A stretch of 63,138 nt of DNA, filler included, from Octopus bimaculoides (taxonomy: Eukaryota), in NCBI RefSeq assembly GCF_001194135.2. It is 6 parts of 4 records of this genome, joined end to end, with 100 filler letters (N's around TTAATTAATTAA, not from the genome) between each part and the next. Parts side by side here need not be neighbours in the genome. Positions count along the whole stretch, not along the records: positions 1 to 26,733 come from NC_068988.1; 5 more parts are not named here. One strand, given 5' to 3'. Positions 1 through 12,457 of the stretch are shown in pieces. Within the stretch, counting starts at the first letter, position 1. The number at the start of each line of letters is the position of its first letter. The position numbers and the translations under genes are program-made. The notes beneath the pieces are model-generated. The model saw nothing but the letters and a program-made list of their open reading frames with translations. It did not search any database and was not told the origin of the DNA.

Positions 1-37
<37 letters not shown>

Positions 38-95
38 GGGTATGTATTCATGTATGTAAACATACATGCATGTATACACACGTATGTATCTATAT

Positions 96-330
96 ATTTG
101 CTTGTCAGTTGTTTGACCTTAACCAGTTGAGTATGTCCCTTGATGTCTGACGATATGTGCATCTCTGATCATGTGCAGAAGTAGTGGGGAGCATCACAGC
201 CATGTGTTGTTTATAGGCTATAGGAAGTGGGATTGGACGTTAATAATGTCCAGGCGACTTGCTTAAATGACTGGAATGTACGGGAGCATCGGACTGCTCT
301 GTTAAAATGCAACTGGCCACAAACAACAGC
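96..330 (+). repeat. Interspersed repeat fragment sharing body with 48895-49451 but with a different 3' tail
   Basis: 96-209 matches 49025-49139, then diverges into a tail ending in AAC/CAG repeats. Confidence 0.7.
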
Positions 331-969
331 AGCAGCAGCAGCAACGGTGGTGCAAAAATGAGTTGGAAGAGGAAGAAGAATGGGAAGGGTGGAGAAGTCG
401 GAGGAGGAGGGAGATGGAAGGAGGAGGAGGAAAAGGAGGAAGAAGAGGAGGAAAAGAAGGAGGAGGATAAGGAGGAGAAAGAAGGAAAGAAAGAAAAGAA
501 GAAAAAATAGAAGAAGAAGAAGAAGAAGAAGAAGAAAAAGAAGAAGAAAGTGCAGCGGCATCAGTAGCATCAAAAGCATCTGCAACAGCAGCAACAACAA
601 CAACAACAACAACGATTTATCACTGTTGTACTTGTTGACCGAAGGAGCGGCAGAATTCAAGTCGAGCCATAAACATCGTCTGCAGCTGAGCAACAACGTC
701 GATGATGGCGCCATCTCTGTGATGCACCAGTTGACCGGTGGATTAATTGAATCCATATATTGGCGATCAAAAAAAAACAGTGCGCCATGAATTATAAAGT
801 CGTATTTCTGCATTGAGCGTTCAAATCTTTTCCTGTGCTTATTTTACATTTCATTTTCCCAGGGTCGATAAGATAAGCAACAATCCCATTGCTGAGCTTT
901 ATTTGATCGACTGAATTCCTTTGTTAATCATCGAATCTAAATAAGAAATCTTCATCGTAGTTGTTGCTT

Positions 970-1247
970 AGGAGTGGCTGTGGGGTAAGTAGCTTGCTTA
1001 CCAACCACATGGTTCCGGGTTCAGTCCCACTGCGTGGCACCTTGGGCAAGTGTCTTCTACTATAGCCTCGGGCCGACCAAAGCCTCCTGGGTGGATTTGG
1101 TAGAAGGAAACTGAAAGAAGCCCGTCGTATATATGTATATATATGTATATATGTATGTGTGTTTGTGTGTCTGTGGTTGTCTGACTCAAAATCTTTCAAG
1201 GTGGTGCTTCAATATGGCCGCAATCCAATGAGTGAAACAAGTAAAAG
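970..1247 (+). mobile_element. tRNA-derived SINE family A, internally deleted copy
   Basis: Head ggagtggctgtg..ggtaag, B-box-like ggttcagtccc, CORE-like ccttgggcaag, and tail atggccgca..gaaacaagtaaaag. Confidence 0.8.
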
Positions 1248-1349
1248 CTCAAAGGTGAACGCGTTGTGGTTTGGGATTGTTCTTGTTTAACCCTAGGTCA
1301 ACCCTAATCGAACAGACCTATGATATATCATTATTATTATTATGTCCAC

Positions 1350-1448
1350 GGGCATATGACGTAGTGGCTAAGAGTGTGGGCTACTAACCCCAAGATTCCT
1401 AGTTCAATTCTAGGCAGTGACCTGAATAATAATAATAATAATAATAAT

Positions 1449-1487
<39 letters not shown>

Positions 1488-1686
1488 AATAAGAACAACA
1501 ACATCGAAAAAATACCTTTGGAATGAGAACCCAGGCTCGAAATTTTCCCAAGACACCTGATGAAGGCTGGAGGGTATATCAGCCGAAACGTTGTGTTAAC
1601 AACAAACAAGACGAGGACAAATATCCGTCAAATGTAAATAATGTAAATAATATACATAATTCTTCATCTCTTAAATATAGAACTGA
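1350..1686 (+). mobile_element. Composite element: tRNA-like head + (AAT)n + hammerhead-containing tail
   Basis: A-box-like TGACGTAGTGG 1357-1367, B-box-like AGTTCAATTCT 1401-1411, (AAT)n about 1425-1500, hammerhead 1552-1597, no poly(A) tail. Confidence 0.6.
1552..1597 (+). ncRNA. Minimal type I hammerhead ribozyme (palindromic helix III)
   Basis: Stem I gacac/gtgtt; CTGATGA 1557-1563 plus an extra A; stem II ggctg/cagcc; GAAA 1585-1588; helix III palindrome AACGTT; predicted GUU cleavage after 1592. Confidence 0.75.
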
Positions 1687-2701
1687 ATTGCATTTTTTTT
1701 CTATTACATCTCATTCCGCACATTAGATTTTTCAATCTTTCAATCGGGGAAGTTGGTGCATTATAAACGATTAAAATAATGTGGTTTCGTAAAAGTAAAC
1801 ATTCAAAAAATATATTTTGAATTACAGACTGTATCGAACCGGCAGATAAATGAACCCTGGTAAAGTATTTATTTCTAAAATATTGCTTGAAAACGTTAAT
1901 TACTTGTAACAAATAAATACTATATAATATCGTCGATTTTGTAACGGATGGGGGCATATTTTTGCGGCTTGCACCAGGCGCGGTTTACCCTAGCCACGCC
2001 ACTGGTCCAAATTACTCTTGCGTTTGAAACAATTGGGAATATACATCACATATGATGTATGGATGGCAGGGAAATATGTCTTGTGTATCACACGTGCTAC
2101 ACAGGACAGGCAAAGTGTTAAGACGGTAAGGAGTGTTGAGAGCAAATTTATCTGCTCTTACTCCCAGCTAGAGCGATCTCGTGGAGGCCTCTCTGCTGGT
2201 TTTTGTAAACAGTGCTTGCTCAGATCTATAAGGTGTACGTGGAAAAGAATAAACAGCGAGGCCCAGTGGGAAATTTAGGTTATATCCAATTATGAATGAG
2301 CCTCTATTTTGCTTTATTCTCGTTCCTCTTAGCTTCACTAATTCTCCAACAGAACGTCCTTTTCTCTGTTTACTTTGCTCTTTACTTCAAAGATTGATCT
2401 AACCTGCTGCGCAAGATATAAACTACCTCTGTAAGGTCGACTAGGAACAATTTATTTATCTAAGGGGACTGATACAACATTTAGTATGATGACGTAATTG
2501 TAATATGGTATGATCATGAATTCCACTGTTGTTGTTTCCGTTGTTTAACCCTAGGATTGTCTTGTTGTAGGACGACAATATTCGAGATGCTCCAGCACTG
2601 ACCATACAGACCTTACAGATTCTATTTTTTCCTCTTCTGTTTGTTCTTCTTTTCTTACAGAATCGTTACAAAGTGGGAAAATTAGTTTTGTAATAATTCT
2701 T

Positions 2702-3010
2702 CCGTGGCTCAGTGGTTAGGGTGTTCGGCTTACGGTCGAAAAGTCGTGAGTTCAATTCCTGGCGATGCGTTGTGTCCTTGAGCAAGGCACTTTATTTCCT
2801 GTTGCTCCAGTCCACTCAGCCGACAAAAATGAAATTTACCTGTAATTCAAAGGGCCAGCCTGGTCACATTACGTGTCACACTGAACCTCCCTGAGAACTA
2901 CGTTAAGAGTACACGTGTCTGTGGAGTACTCAGCCACATGCACTTTAATTTCACGAGGAAGCTGTTCCGTTGATCGGATCAACTAGAACCCTCGTCGTCG
3001 TAACCGATGA
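2702..3010 (+). mobile_element. tRNA-derived SINE with CORE-like body and family B tail
   Basis: Head gtggctcagtggttagg..gagttcaattcc, then tgtgtccttgagcaag, then the family B tail ctgttccgttgatcggatcaac. Related copies at about 45500-45720 (+) and 40180-40500 (-). Confidence 0.75.
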
Positions 3011-3071
3011 AGACATGTTTAGGAACAACAAGCAAGTGTATTAGTTTGCCGCTCGGGAAAAATGGAAAAGT

Positions 3072-3107
3072 CTTTTACGTTTCGAGCCTACGCTCTTCGA
3101 CAGAAAG
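3072..3107 (-). ncRNA. Minimal hammerhead ribozyme motif, one core substitution
   Basis: Minus strand cttt-CTGTCGA-a-gagc(gtag)gctc-GAAA-CGTA-aaag: stem I cttt/aaag, ACGT palindrome, GUA site; A6 mutated. Confidence 0.6.
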
Positions 3108-3824
3108 GAATAAGAGGAAATTAATGGAGAGAGGATGAAAAAAGAAAAGGCGTGTTGAGTTCAGTGGTCCTTTTTTCAAAACTTCATAATTTAACCCAAA
3201 TGTAAGACAAATGGCACAGCCATCTTCGTAGTGCACGCTGTACTTTTATTTGCTATTTCCAATTCACATTAAAATGTCGTTCTGGCGCATTATTTTTCTT
3301 TCTGAGACATTACAGTACATTTTGTTAACATAAATGTAAAGCTGTATTTGATTCACTCACAGTTGTTGTTATTGCGGCAGACGTTGTCAGTGCACACGGC
3401 TAGTGGTGATTAGATACGACTAGTCTGACAGTGACACGCAGATTAACTATCGATCTATCGTTGTAATATCAACAACTCGAATAACTTTGCCAGATATAAT
3501 GGTCTGTGCTAGTGGGAAATCCAACTCTATGCGTCGATATTCTTTTATCTTGTACCGTTTATCTTTTACTTCTTCCAGTCATTTGACTGCGGCCATACTG
3601 GAGTACCGGCGTGAAGGATTTTAGTCGAACAAAATCAACCTCGGGACATATTTTTCGTAAACCTGGTATTTATTCCACCGCTAGATTTTGTCGGCGACGT
3701 AAACAAACCTGCAATATAGTCTAATTGAATAAACGAACATTAACAAAAACAATAAGACAAATAACAAGAGGACGTGCCCATGGAATGTATTAGTTAGACG
3801 CCCGGTAAAAATGAGAAAGTGTTA

Positions 3825-3855
3825 GACTTTTCGAGCGTAGCTCTTCGTCGGAAAG
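3825..3855 (-). ncRNA. Degenerate second copy of the 3072-3107 hammerhead
   Basis: cttt-CCGACGA-a-gagc(tac)gctc-GAAA; cleavage side decayed; flanks homologous to the first copy. Confidence 0.45.
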
Positions 3856-4039
3856 AAAAATGGAAAAGTCCAAGGAAGGAAAAAAATTACCAACAACACT
3901 TGTGTACTTACGTTATATATATATAATGACTTTGAACGGGCTGGGACTACAGTAGAAGGAGCTTAACCGAGGTGCCATGCGGTGGGACTGAACCCGGAAT
4001 AATGTGTTTAGAAAGCAAGCCACGCCTGCACCAATATTG

Positions 4040-4420
4040 TATATATATTTCTTCATTGCTCACAGGGGGCAGACAAAGGGATTAAGTCGATTACATCGAC
4101 CCCAGAGTGTAACTGGTACGTATTTGATTGACCCTGAAATGATGAAAGGCAATGTCTACCTCAGTGGAATTTGAACTCAGAAAGTAACGGCAAACGAAAT
4201 ACCGCTAAGCATTTCGCTCGGCATGCTAACGATTCTGCCTGCTCGCCGCCTTACCAATACGAATTGGTGGACTCTGACAAATATTCCACGTACTATTTAG
4301 TTTCGGATCTTTACGTTTTGAGCTCAAATTCCGATGAGATCAACCTTACCAATCATTGTTCTCGGGTGAGGAAATACAGTAATTGTCCATATAATCAGTG
4401 TTCCCGCCTTCTTAATTTCT
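4040..4420. mobile_element. Two family C SINE copies in opposite orientation
   Basis: 4040-4250 minus (aaattccactgagg..catttcgc..ctcgccgcc) abutting a decayed plus copy at about 4255-4420. Confidence 0.65.
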
Positions 4421-4699
4421 GGTTTTGAACCAATGTAACAAATAATTATTTTGGCAAAGTGCAAGAGGAATCTTCAGATCGTGCGAAGGTCAGCTTTGCC
4501 TTTCATCTTTCTAGGATTGATAAAAATAAAGCATCAGTGAAATACATGGAATCGATATAATCGATTCTTCTTCAGCTAAATTTGCAGTCGTGTTCCAAGG
4601 CTAGAAATCAATAAATTGCTTTATTCTATCTTTAGTTCATTAGTTATATGGTACCATTGTAGGTTCTGCCCTAGCTGTAGCATCATTGTAAACACTTCA

Positions 4700-4880
4700 T
4701 ATAAGGCCGATACAGCTTGGCACCAGTGACGTTGTAACTCATTTCTACAGCTGAGTGAACAGGAACAAAATAAAATAAAGAGTCTTGCTCAAGAACACAA
4801 TACGCAACCAGGTCCGGGATTCGAACTCACAACCTCACGATCTTAAGTTCGACGCTCTAACCGCTGAGCCATGCGCCTTC
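4700..4880 (-). mobile_element. tRNA-derived CORE-like SINE
   Basis: Minus strand ggcgcatggctcagcggttagagcg..gagttcgaatcccgg followed by tgtgttcttgagcaagac. A related copy lies at about 20330-20435. Confidence 0.75.
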
Positions 4881-5705
4881 ACCAGTAGCAACCACATATT
4901 GGGGAAAAGTGAACATAACAAAGTCAGACAGTCAAATGTATTATAATATTCTGAGAAGACAATGGAGAATCGATAAAAAGAGTACACAAAGCTTTCTATA
5001 ATTTACTTGAATCTATATATGCATGTGCGTGTGTGTGAATGTGTGTCTTTTGCTGTATGTTCCTACATACATGTATGTATGGATGGATGTCAATGGAAGT
5101 GCGTATCCTTTGATGTAAATCTTGTGATATAATCAAGCAAAGTAGTCAACTGCAATAATTGTATAACTTTTCACATAAAATTATTTAAGTGCAGTGGCTT
5201 TAAAAATAGAGTGGCATCGAAACAGCTGTAATTAATAATAATGATGTGCTAAATTCAATTTTTCTCTTCTAAACTGATTTACAAACATCTATGTACATAA
5301 ATGTTTTTGTGCGTGTGTGTGAGAGAGTGAGAGAGAGAAAGCGAGAGTATTTCATTTTGTCATAACGATATTAAAACCTTAGTATTAGAACACAATATTA
5401 CATATGCTTCAGAGAAAAACGTTCGTCGAATTCAGAACGTAATAAGAGATCAAATACTTGACAAAGGAACAAGAAATTATGTAATGAATTTCATTAGCTT
5501 ACAGCTATTTCTGCCATAAGATGAAATACACTCATAGTTGAGTGGTTATGTATCAATTTATAGCTTCGCCAGAGCTTCAAAACTGAAGTACAAAATGAAG
5601 CCATAAGGTGATATAAAAAGAACTAACTACTCGTATGAGGGCGCTGCATTTTTATAGCGGAAACAGCCGTAACATAATACCTCACATAATTTCTTCATCC
5701 CTATG

Positions 5706-5756
<51 letters not shown>

Positions 5757-5964
5757 GCATATATATNNNNNNNNNNNNNNNNNNNNNNNNNNNNNNNNNN
5801 NNNNNNNNNNNNNNNNNNNNNNNNNNNNNNNNNNNNNNNNNNNNNNNNNNNNNNNNNNNNNNNNNNNNNNNNNNNNNNNNNNNNNNNNNNNNNNNNNNNN
5901 NNNNNNNNNNNNNNNNNNNNNNNNNNNNNNNNNNNNNNNNNNNNNNNNNNNNNNNNNNNNNNNN

Positions 5965-5998
<34 letters not shown>

Positions 5999-6619
5999 TT
6001 GTGTATGTATGTATATCAAAGGGCGGAAGAGCTCGTGTAGTCAATGGCTATCTAACGTTATGTGTATATAGGTGTGTATGTATATGTACCTATGTGTGTG
6101 TATATATTTATATTAATTTTTATATATCCTTTTTATATTTTTATATCTTTTTTCGTTTTTATATATTTTTTTATATATTTATATATCTTTTATATATTTA
6201 TATATATTATTTTATTTTATTTTATTTATATTCGTAATCTTGAATTTATTCATTTATCTATGTATTTATCTATTTTTATTAAAGAAACATTTTTAAATTG
6301 TAAAAAATTAAAATTTTCAAATTTTATATCGCACTTTTTCTTTTTTCTTTTAATGTGTACATATGAATATATATTTTTTTCTGTGCGTGGGCAGATGGAG
6401 CTCATTAGCCGTGGTGAAGGCAACTGTTCTAAGAGAAGGACACTCTGACATAAAACCAGGTCATGTTAATGTCAGTCTCTTAATTGGCTGCACTCTCAAA
6501 GCCATGACTGTTGGTGGGGGAAAACTGGGCTCCTGTTGTGAAACTAAGCCGTGATTAGGACAACCCGTATAAGAGAATAAAGCTCTTAATTTAAATTTAC
6601 TTACTGCTGGCTTGCAGTA

Positions 6620-7180
6620 TCGGTTTGAAGAAAAGCCAAGTTCAAGAAGAGGGTCCACAAGAAAATTCGTAGTATAGGTGTAAAAGTATCATAGAAAATT
6701 GATGTAGAGCAGCTAAAACAACCACAAGTTTTGCAGTTATTTCAGAAGAGATGCAGCAATGTTCAGTTTGAAGGCTCATAGCAATCTTTCCGGAGTAGAA
6801 TATATAAAATGGGATCAGAGGTGTTAGGTTTCAAGAGGAGACAGTACCGAGACTGGTTCGATTCCAATTATACAGTGATAAAGGAGCTTTTAGCAACAAA
6901 GAGGTTCGCTGATAAACGGCTTCTTGACCCGAACGTCAAGAACAAAGGGCAACTAGAAAAGTTGTACAAGGCTCAGAAAGCAGACTTGCAAAAAGAACCC
7001 AGGAAGCTGAAAAACACTAGGTGGAGAAATTGGTCTGAGGAAGAACAGGCAGCATATGACAGGAAAGTCATTAAAAGTTTCTATAGCTTATAGCGGCAAG
7101 GTTTTGGACCGCAATCTTCATCATATGTTCCCTTGAAGTCGAAAGATGGAAATTAGGTTATTAAAGATTCTCCTAGAATA
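6620..7180 (+). mobile_element. Degraded RTE-type LINE (endonuclease-RT linker)
   Basis: RKIDVEQLK, EVLGFKRRQYRDWFDSN and KSFYSL*RQGFGP..PLKSKDG resemble the RTE/BovB linker; contains stops. Confidence 0.65.
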
Positions 7181-7263
7181 ATGAATACATGGAGAGAGCA
7201 CGTTGCAGATCTCTTCCACAATCCGTCTCTAGTGAAAATACATACACACACACACACACGCAA

Positions 7264-7298
<35 letters not shown>

Positions 7299-7963
7299 AT
7301 GCATATATATATATATATATATAAATAATATATATATATATAAAATAATATATATATATATATATATATAATGTATATATATATATGATGTATATATATA
7401 TATATATAAATAATATATATATATATCAGCATATATACATACATATATGTGCATACTTACATNNNNNNNNNNNNNNNNNNNNNNNNNNNNNNNNNNNNNN
7501 NNNNNNNNNNNNNNNNNNNNNNNNNNNNNNNNNNNNNNNNNNNNNNNNNNNNNNNNNNNNNNNNNNNNNNNNNNNNNNNNNNNNNNNNNNNNNNNNNNNN
7601 NNNNNNNNNNNNNNNNNNNNNNNNNNNNNNNNNNNNNNNNNNNNNNNNNNNNNNNNNNNNNNNNNNNNNNNNNNNNNNNNNNNNNNNNNNNNNNNNNNNN
7701 NNNNNNNNNNNNNNNNNNNNNNNNNNNNNNNNNNNNNNNNNNNNNNNNNNNNNNNNNNNNNNNNNNNNNNNNNNNNNNNNNNNNNNNNNNNNNNNNNNNN
7801 NNNNNNNNNNNNNNNNNNNNNNNNNNNNNNNNNNNNNNNNNNNNNNNNNNNNNNNNNNNNNNNNNNNNNNNNNNNGTATGTGCGTATGTATGTATGTATG
7901 TATGTATGTATGTATGTATGTATGTATGTATGTATGTGTCTGCCTGTCTCTCCGTCTGTCTGC

Positions 7964-8005
<42 letters not shown>

Positions 8006-8015
8006 GTCTATCTGT

Positions 8016-8093
<78 letters not shown>

Positions 8094-8923
8094 GTCTATC
8101 TATCTATCTATGCGTATGACCATGTATCTGTACATTTATGTATTTGTATGCTCATATGCTACATTATTGCGTGTGTGAATCTCTGTTGGACTTACATGAG
8201 TGCGAACGTTTGGCTAGACGTACGTTTATGTGTGCATGTGTACATATTGATATGTGCGTGTGTTGCTGCATGTGTGTGTGTTAATGTATGTGTATGTGTA
8301 TGTGAGCGTGTGTGTGTGTGCAAGGGTTTTCGTGTCTGTTCTTGCGTGTCTGTTCTTGTCTCATATCGTGTATACGCGAGTGTTTTGAATAAAAACATAC
8401 ATCGATCATGTTTGCTTAAATAAAAGGTTGGTTGGTATATCTGCACACACACACACACGTATATATATATATATATATATATATATNNNNNNNNNNNNNN
8501 NNNNNNNNNNNNNNNNNNNNNNNNNNNNNNNNNNNNNNNNNNNNNNNNNNNNNNNNNNNNNNNNNNNNNNNNNNNNNNNNNNNNNNNNNNNNNNNNNNNN
8601 NNNNNNNNNNNNNNNNNNNNNNNNNNNNNNNNNNNNNNNNNNNNNNNNNNNNNNNNNNNNNNNNNNNNNNNNNNNNNNNNNNNNNNNNNNNNNNNNNNNN
8701 NNNNNNNNNNNNNNNNNNNNNNNNNNNNNNNNNNNNNNNNNNNNNNNNNNNNNNNNNNNNNNNNNNNNNNNNNNNNNNNNNNNNNNNNNNNNNNNNNNNN
8801 NNNNNNNNNNNNNNNNNNNNNNNNNNNNNNNNNNNNNNNNNNNNNNNNNNNNNNNNNNNNNNNNNNNNNNNNNNNNNNNNNNNNNNNNNNNNNNNNNNNN
8901 NNNNNNNNNNNNNNNNNNNNNNN

Positions 8924-8958
<35 letters not shown>

Positions 8959-8974
8959 TATATAAACATATATA

Positions 8975-9239
8975 TTCTTTTCTTTTATTGTTTTACTTGT
9001 TTCAGTCGCCTGACTGCGGCCATGCCGGAGCACCGCCTTTAGTCGAAAAAATCGATCCCAGGAGTTATTCTTTATAAGCCTAGCACTTATTCTACCGGTA
9101 TTCTTTCGTCGATCCTCTAAGTTACGGGGACGTAAACACATCAACATCGGTTGTCAAGGGATTGTGGTGGGACAAACACAGACATACGCACACGTAATAC
9201 ATACATACATACATACATGCATACATACATACATATATG

Positions 9240-9288
<49 letters not shown>

Positions 9289-9461
9289 CCGATGGGCTTC
9301 TTTCTGTTTCCGTCTACCAAATCCACTCACAAGGCTTTGGTCGGCCCGAGGCTATAGTAGAAGACACTTACCCAAGGTGCCGGGTTCAGTGCTACGCAGT
9401 GGGACTGAAACTCGAACCATGTGGCTGAGAAACAAGCTTCTTACCACACAACCACCCCATG
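8975..9461 (-). mobile_element. SINE family A, near full length
   Basis: Reverse complement of the 12576-12980 copy, including the internal microsatellite. Confidence 0.8.
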
Positions 9462-9591
9462 TTACACATATATGTATATGTATGTATGCATGTTTCTATA
9501 TCCGTGCTTGTGTGTGCTGTGTGCGTGTTTGCATACACTTGTGCATACATACTCAGGCACACATACCCACCAACACACGACACACATGCAA

Positions 9592-9637
<46 letters not shown>

Positions 9638-9870
9638 GCATATGTAGATAGTTGAATGTGTGTATGTAAATGTATATATATTTTTGCGTATGTTAATGCG
9701 TGTGTATGGTTAGCATATTAGGTGTGATAACATATAAATGTTTGTATTGTCTATCTGTGCGCTTTTTATGCTGTCGTTATGTATGTATGCGTATATACAC
9801 ATGCATGCATGTAATTATATACGCATAAGCATATACATATGTATGTATGCATGTATGTGTCGTCCTAATG

Positions 9871-9905
<35 letters not shown>

Positions 9906-12457
9906 NNNNNNNNNNNNNNNNNNNNNNNNNNNNNNNNNNNNNNNNNNNNNNNNNNNNNNNNNNNNNNNNNNNNNNNNNNNNNNNNNNNNNNNNNNNNNNN
10001 NNNNNNNNNNNNNNNNNNNNNNNNNNNNNNNNNNNNNNNNNNNNNNNNNNNNNNNNNNNNNNNNNNNNNNNNNNNNNNNNNNNNNNNNNNNNNNNNNNNN
10101 NNNNNNNNNNNNNNNNNNNNNNNNNNNNNNNNNNNNNNNNNNNNNNNNNNNNNNNNNNNNNNNNNNNNNNNNNNNNNNNNNNNNNNNNNNNNNNNNNNNN
10201 NNNNNNNNNNNNNNNNNNNNNNNNNNNNNNNNNNNNNNNNNNNNNNNNNNNNNNNNNNNNNNNNNNNNNNNNNNNNNNNNNNNNNNNNNNNNNNNNNNNN
10301 NNNNNNNNNNNNNNNNNNNNNNNNNNNNNNNNNNNNNNNNNNNNNNNNNNNNNNNNNNNNNNNNNNNNNNNNNNNNNNNNNNNNNNNNNNNNNNNNNNNN
10401 NNNNNNNNNNNNNNNNNNNNNNNNNNNNNNNNNNNNNNNNNNNNNNNNNNNNNNNNNNNNNNNNNNNNNNNNNNNNNNNNNNNNNNGTGTGTGTGTGTGT
10501 GTGTGCGCACGCTCTGTGATTACATCACCTTATCACAAATATGCTATCTGAAATCCCGGATGAGGATGAAGCCAACCTAGTGTTGACGAGGGAGGGGAAG
10601 TAGGTTCAATCGTTAGTAAGAGTAGAATCTATTCCCAGGCGACATAGTAAACGGTTCCCATTAGAGGCGAGAAGCCAGCCGTCTAAGATCGAATCAAGGT
10701 CAGATTAAAAAACAACCACAACAGCTAAACGTGAGAATTGCCGATTTTTCTCAAGCTCTGCAACGATATTTGAGATGGGTGTTGCATTCCATACTCACAC
10801 GTAGAGGGGATGGTGAGGGTTGTGGTCGCGGTGGCGGTAGTAAGGGAGGGTGGTGGTGATAGGGGAGATTGGTTGTGGTGGAGTGATGATAGTGGTGAAA
10901 ACGTGGTGGTTGTGGTGGTGGTGGCGATGGTGGAGGTAGCGGTGATAGTGGTGGGATAATAATAGTGGTAGAAGTGGTGGAGTGGTGAAATATGGTAGTG
11001 TTAGTGGTGTGGTGAGGGCGATGTTAGTGATGATAACAGTACAAAGTTGTTGGTATTGGTGGTGTTTGTGATGGTGGTGGTGTTGGTGGTGGTGTTGGTG
11101 CTGGTTCTGGTGTTGTTGTTGGTGGTGGTGATGGTGGTGGTGGTAATGGTGGTAGTAGTGGTGTTTGTGGTGTTGTTGGTTGTGGTAATGGTGGTAGCTT
11201 TCATGGTGGTAATGGTGAAGATGATGTTGGTAATGGTGGTGGTGTTCGTGATGGTGGTTGTGGTAGTAGTCCTGGTGGTTGTGGTGGTGATGGTGGTGGT
11301 AATGTTGACGGTAGTATTGGTCGTGTGAAATAGCGTTAATGGCGGTGGAGACATGGCTGCATTTTGGTGAAGGAAATACCAGTAATACGTTACTGCTCTT
11401 GTTAGTTTGTTATACCCTCCCCCTCTAATCATCTCTGATCAAGCAGAACTATGATCAACGGTAAGCCAACTGTGACCATGTCATCTTTCTATCATTCTCC
11501 TATATCCTGGGAACCCAAGACATTATCCGACATCTCCTTTTCCAAGATAGATGCCAGGAAGATTCAAAAATGGCTGAGTCTTTTTTTTTTTTGGTTCGAA
11601 AAGGCAAATTCGTTGTCTCGAGTGTCGTGGTACCGCATGTAGTGTTGGTGTTGTTAATGTTTATTGTTGGTTTTGTAGTGGTGGTATAAAATTTGATGTA
11701 GCGGTAGTAGTTACAGTGGTGTTGTTGGAGGTGTCGATTAGATATGATGCTGATTATGAAACTTTGAATGTAGCGGGCTAGTGATTTAGATTTGCGATCT
11801 CCCGTCGATTTCGACCCGTGGGCCTCCAGCTATTTGATCAAACTGGACAATTGTTACTCGAAATATCATGCTAGGTGGTAAGCATTATTATCTCCAACAC
11901 GTATGCTCCTCATTCAATTCTCAATGTAGAATCAGAATGACAGATATGAATGCTCAGATATGAATGAATATTTCCTCACCTGGGGTCTTTGTAATCGATA
12001 TACTCACGCCCCCGGAATTGCTGGCCTTGTGACAAAATTTGAAACCAATATTAACTGAAACTAGGAAAGATTTTTATTTTCCAATTTAGATAGGTGCATG
12101 CGTGTATTAAGACTGGACCTCTTACTAAACCTTTCGTTCCTAAGAGAGCATAGGTCATCGAGGAGATTTTTCCTATAGGCAGAGAGAATCCTTATGCTGC
12201 CAGCAGAAGCAGTCGCTTCCTGATCTGAGTCATCCTGTTTTTGCTCTAATTACTAAGGTTTAGGAAATTTCACTTCTATTTCTAATTAAAACACCAAAAT
12301 AACAGACGTTATCAACTACGTTTGGAGAGACTCGCCAGTGTCTGGAACACTTTTTTTTATGGGTTCTCTTGCTGTAAGCTACTTTTATGTATTTGCAACA
12401 TATAATATACTCGTTCACTCTCAACCTAATTGTGAGTACATTACACATTTTATATTA

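Noticed and set aside
211-813. Poly-Leu, poly-Arg and poly-Glu ORFs
   Set aside because: Translations of GAR/AAG/CAA simple repeats; no domain or splice support.
1965-2005. CAGTGGCGTGGCTAGG-type DNA transposon terminus on the minus strand
   Set aside because: No matching opposite end or TSD found.
4800-4880. Apparent tRNA genes here and at 1350, 18265, 24822 and 50530
   Set aside because: No closed acceptor stem, and each continues into SINE body sequence, so these are SINE heads.
11001-11432. Thr-rich mucin-like ORF (and Val-rich antisense ORF)
   Set aside because: Degenerate (GGT/GAT)n microsatellite.
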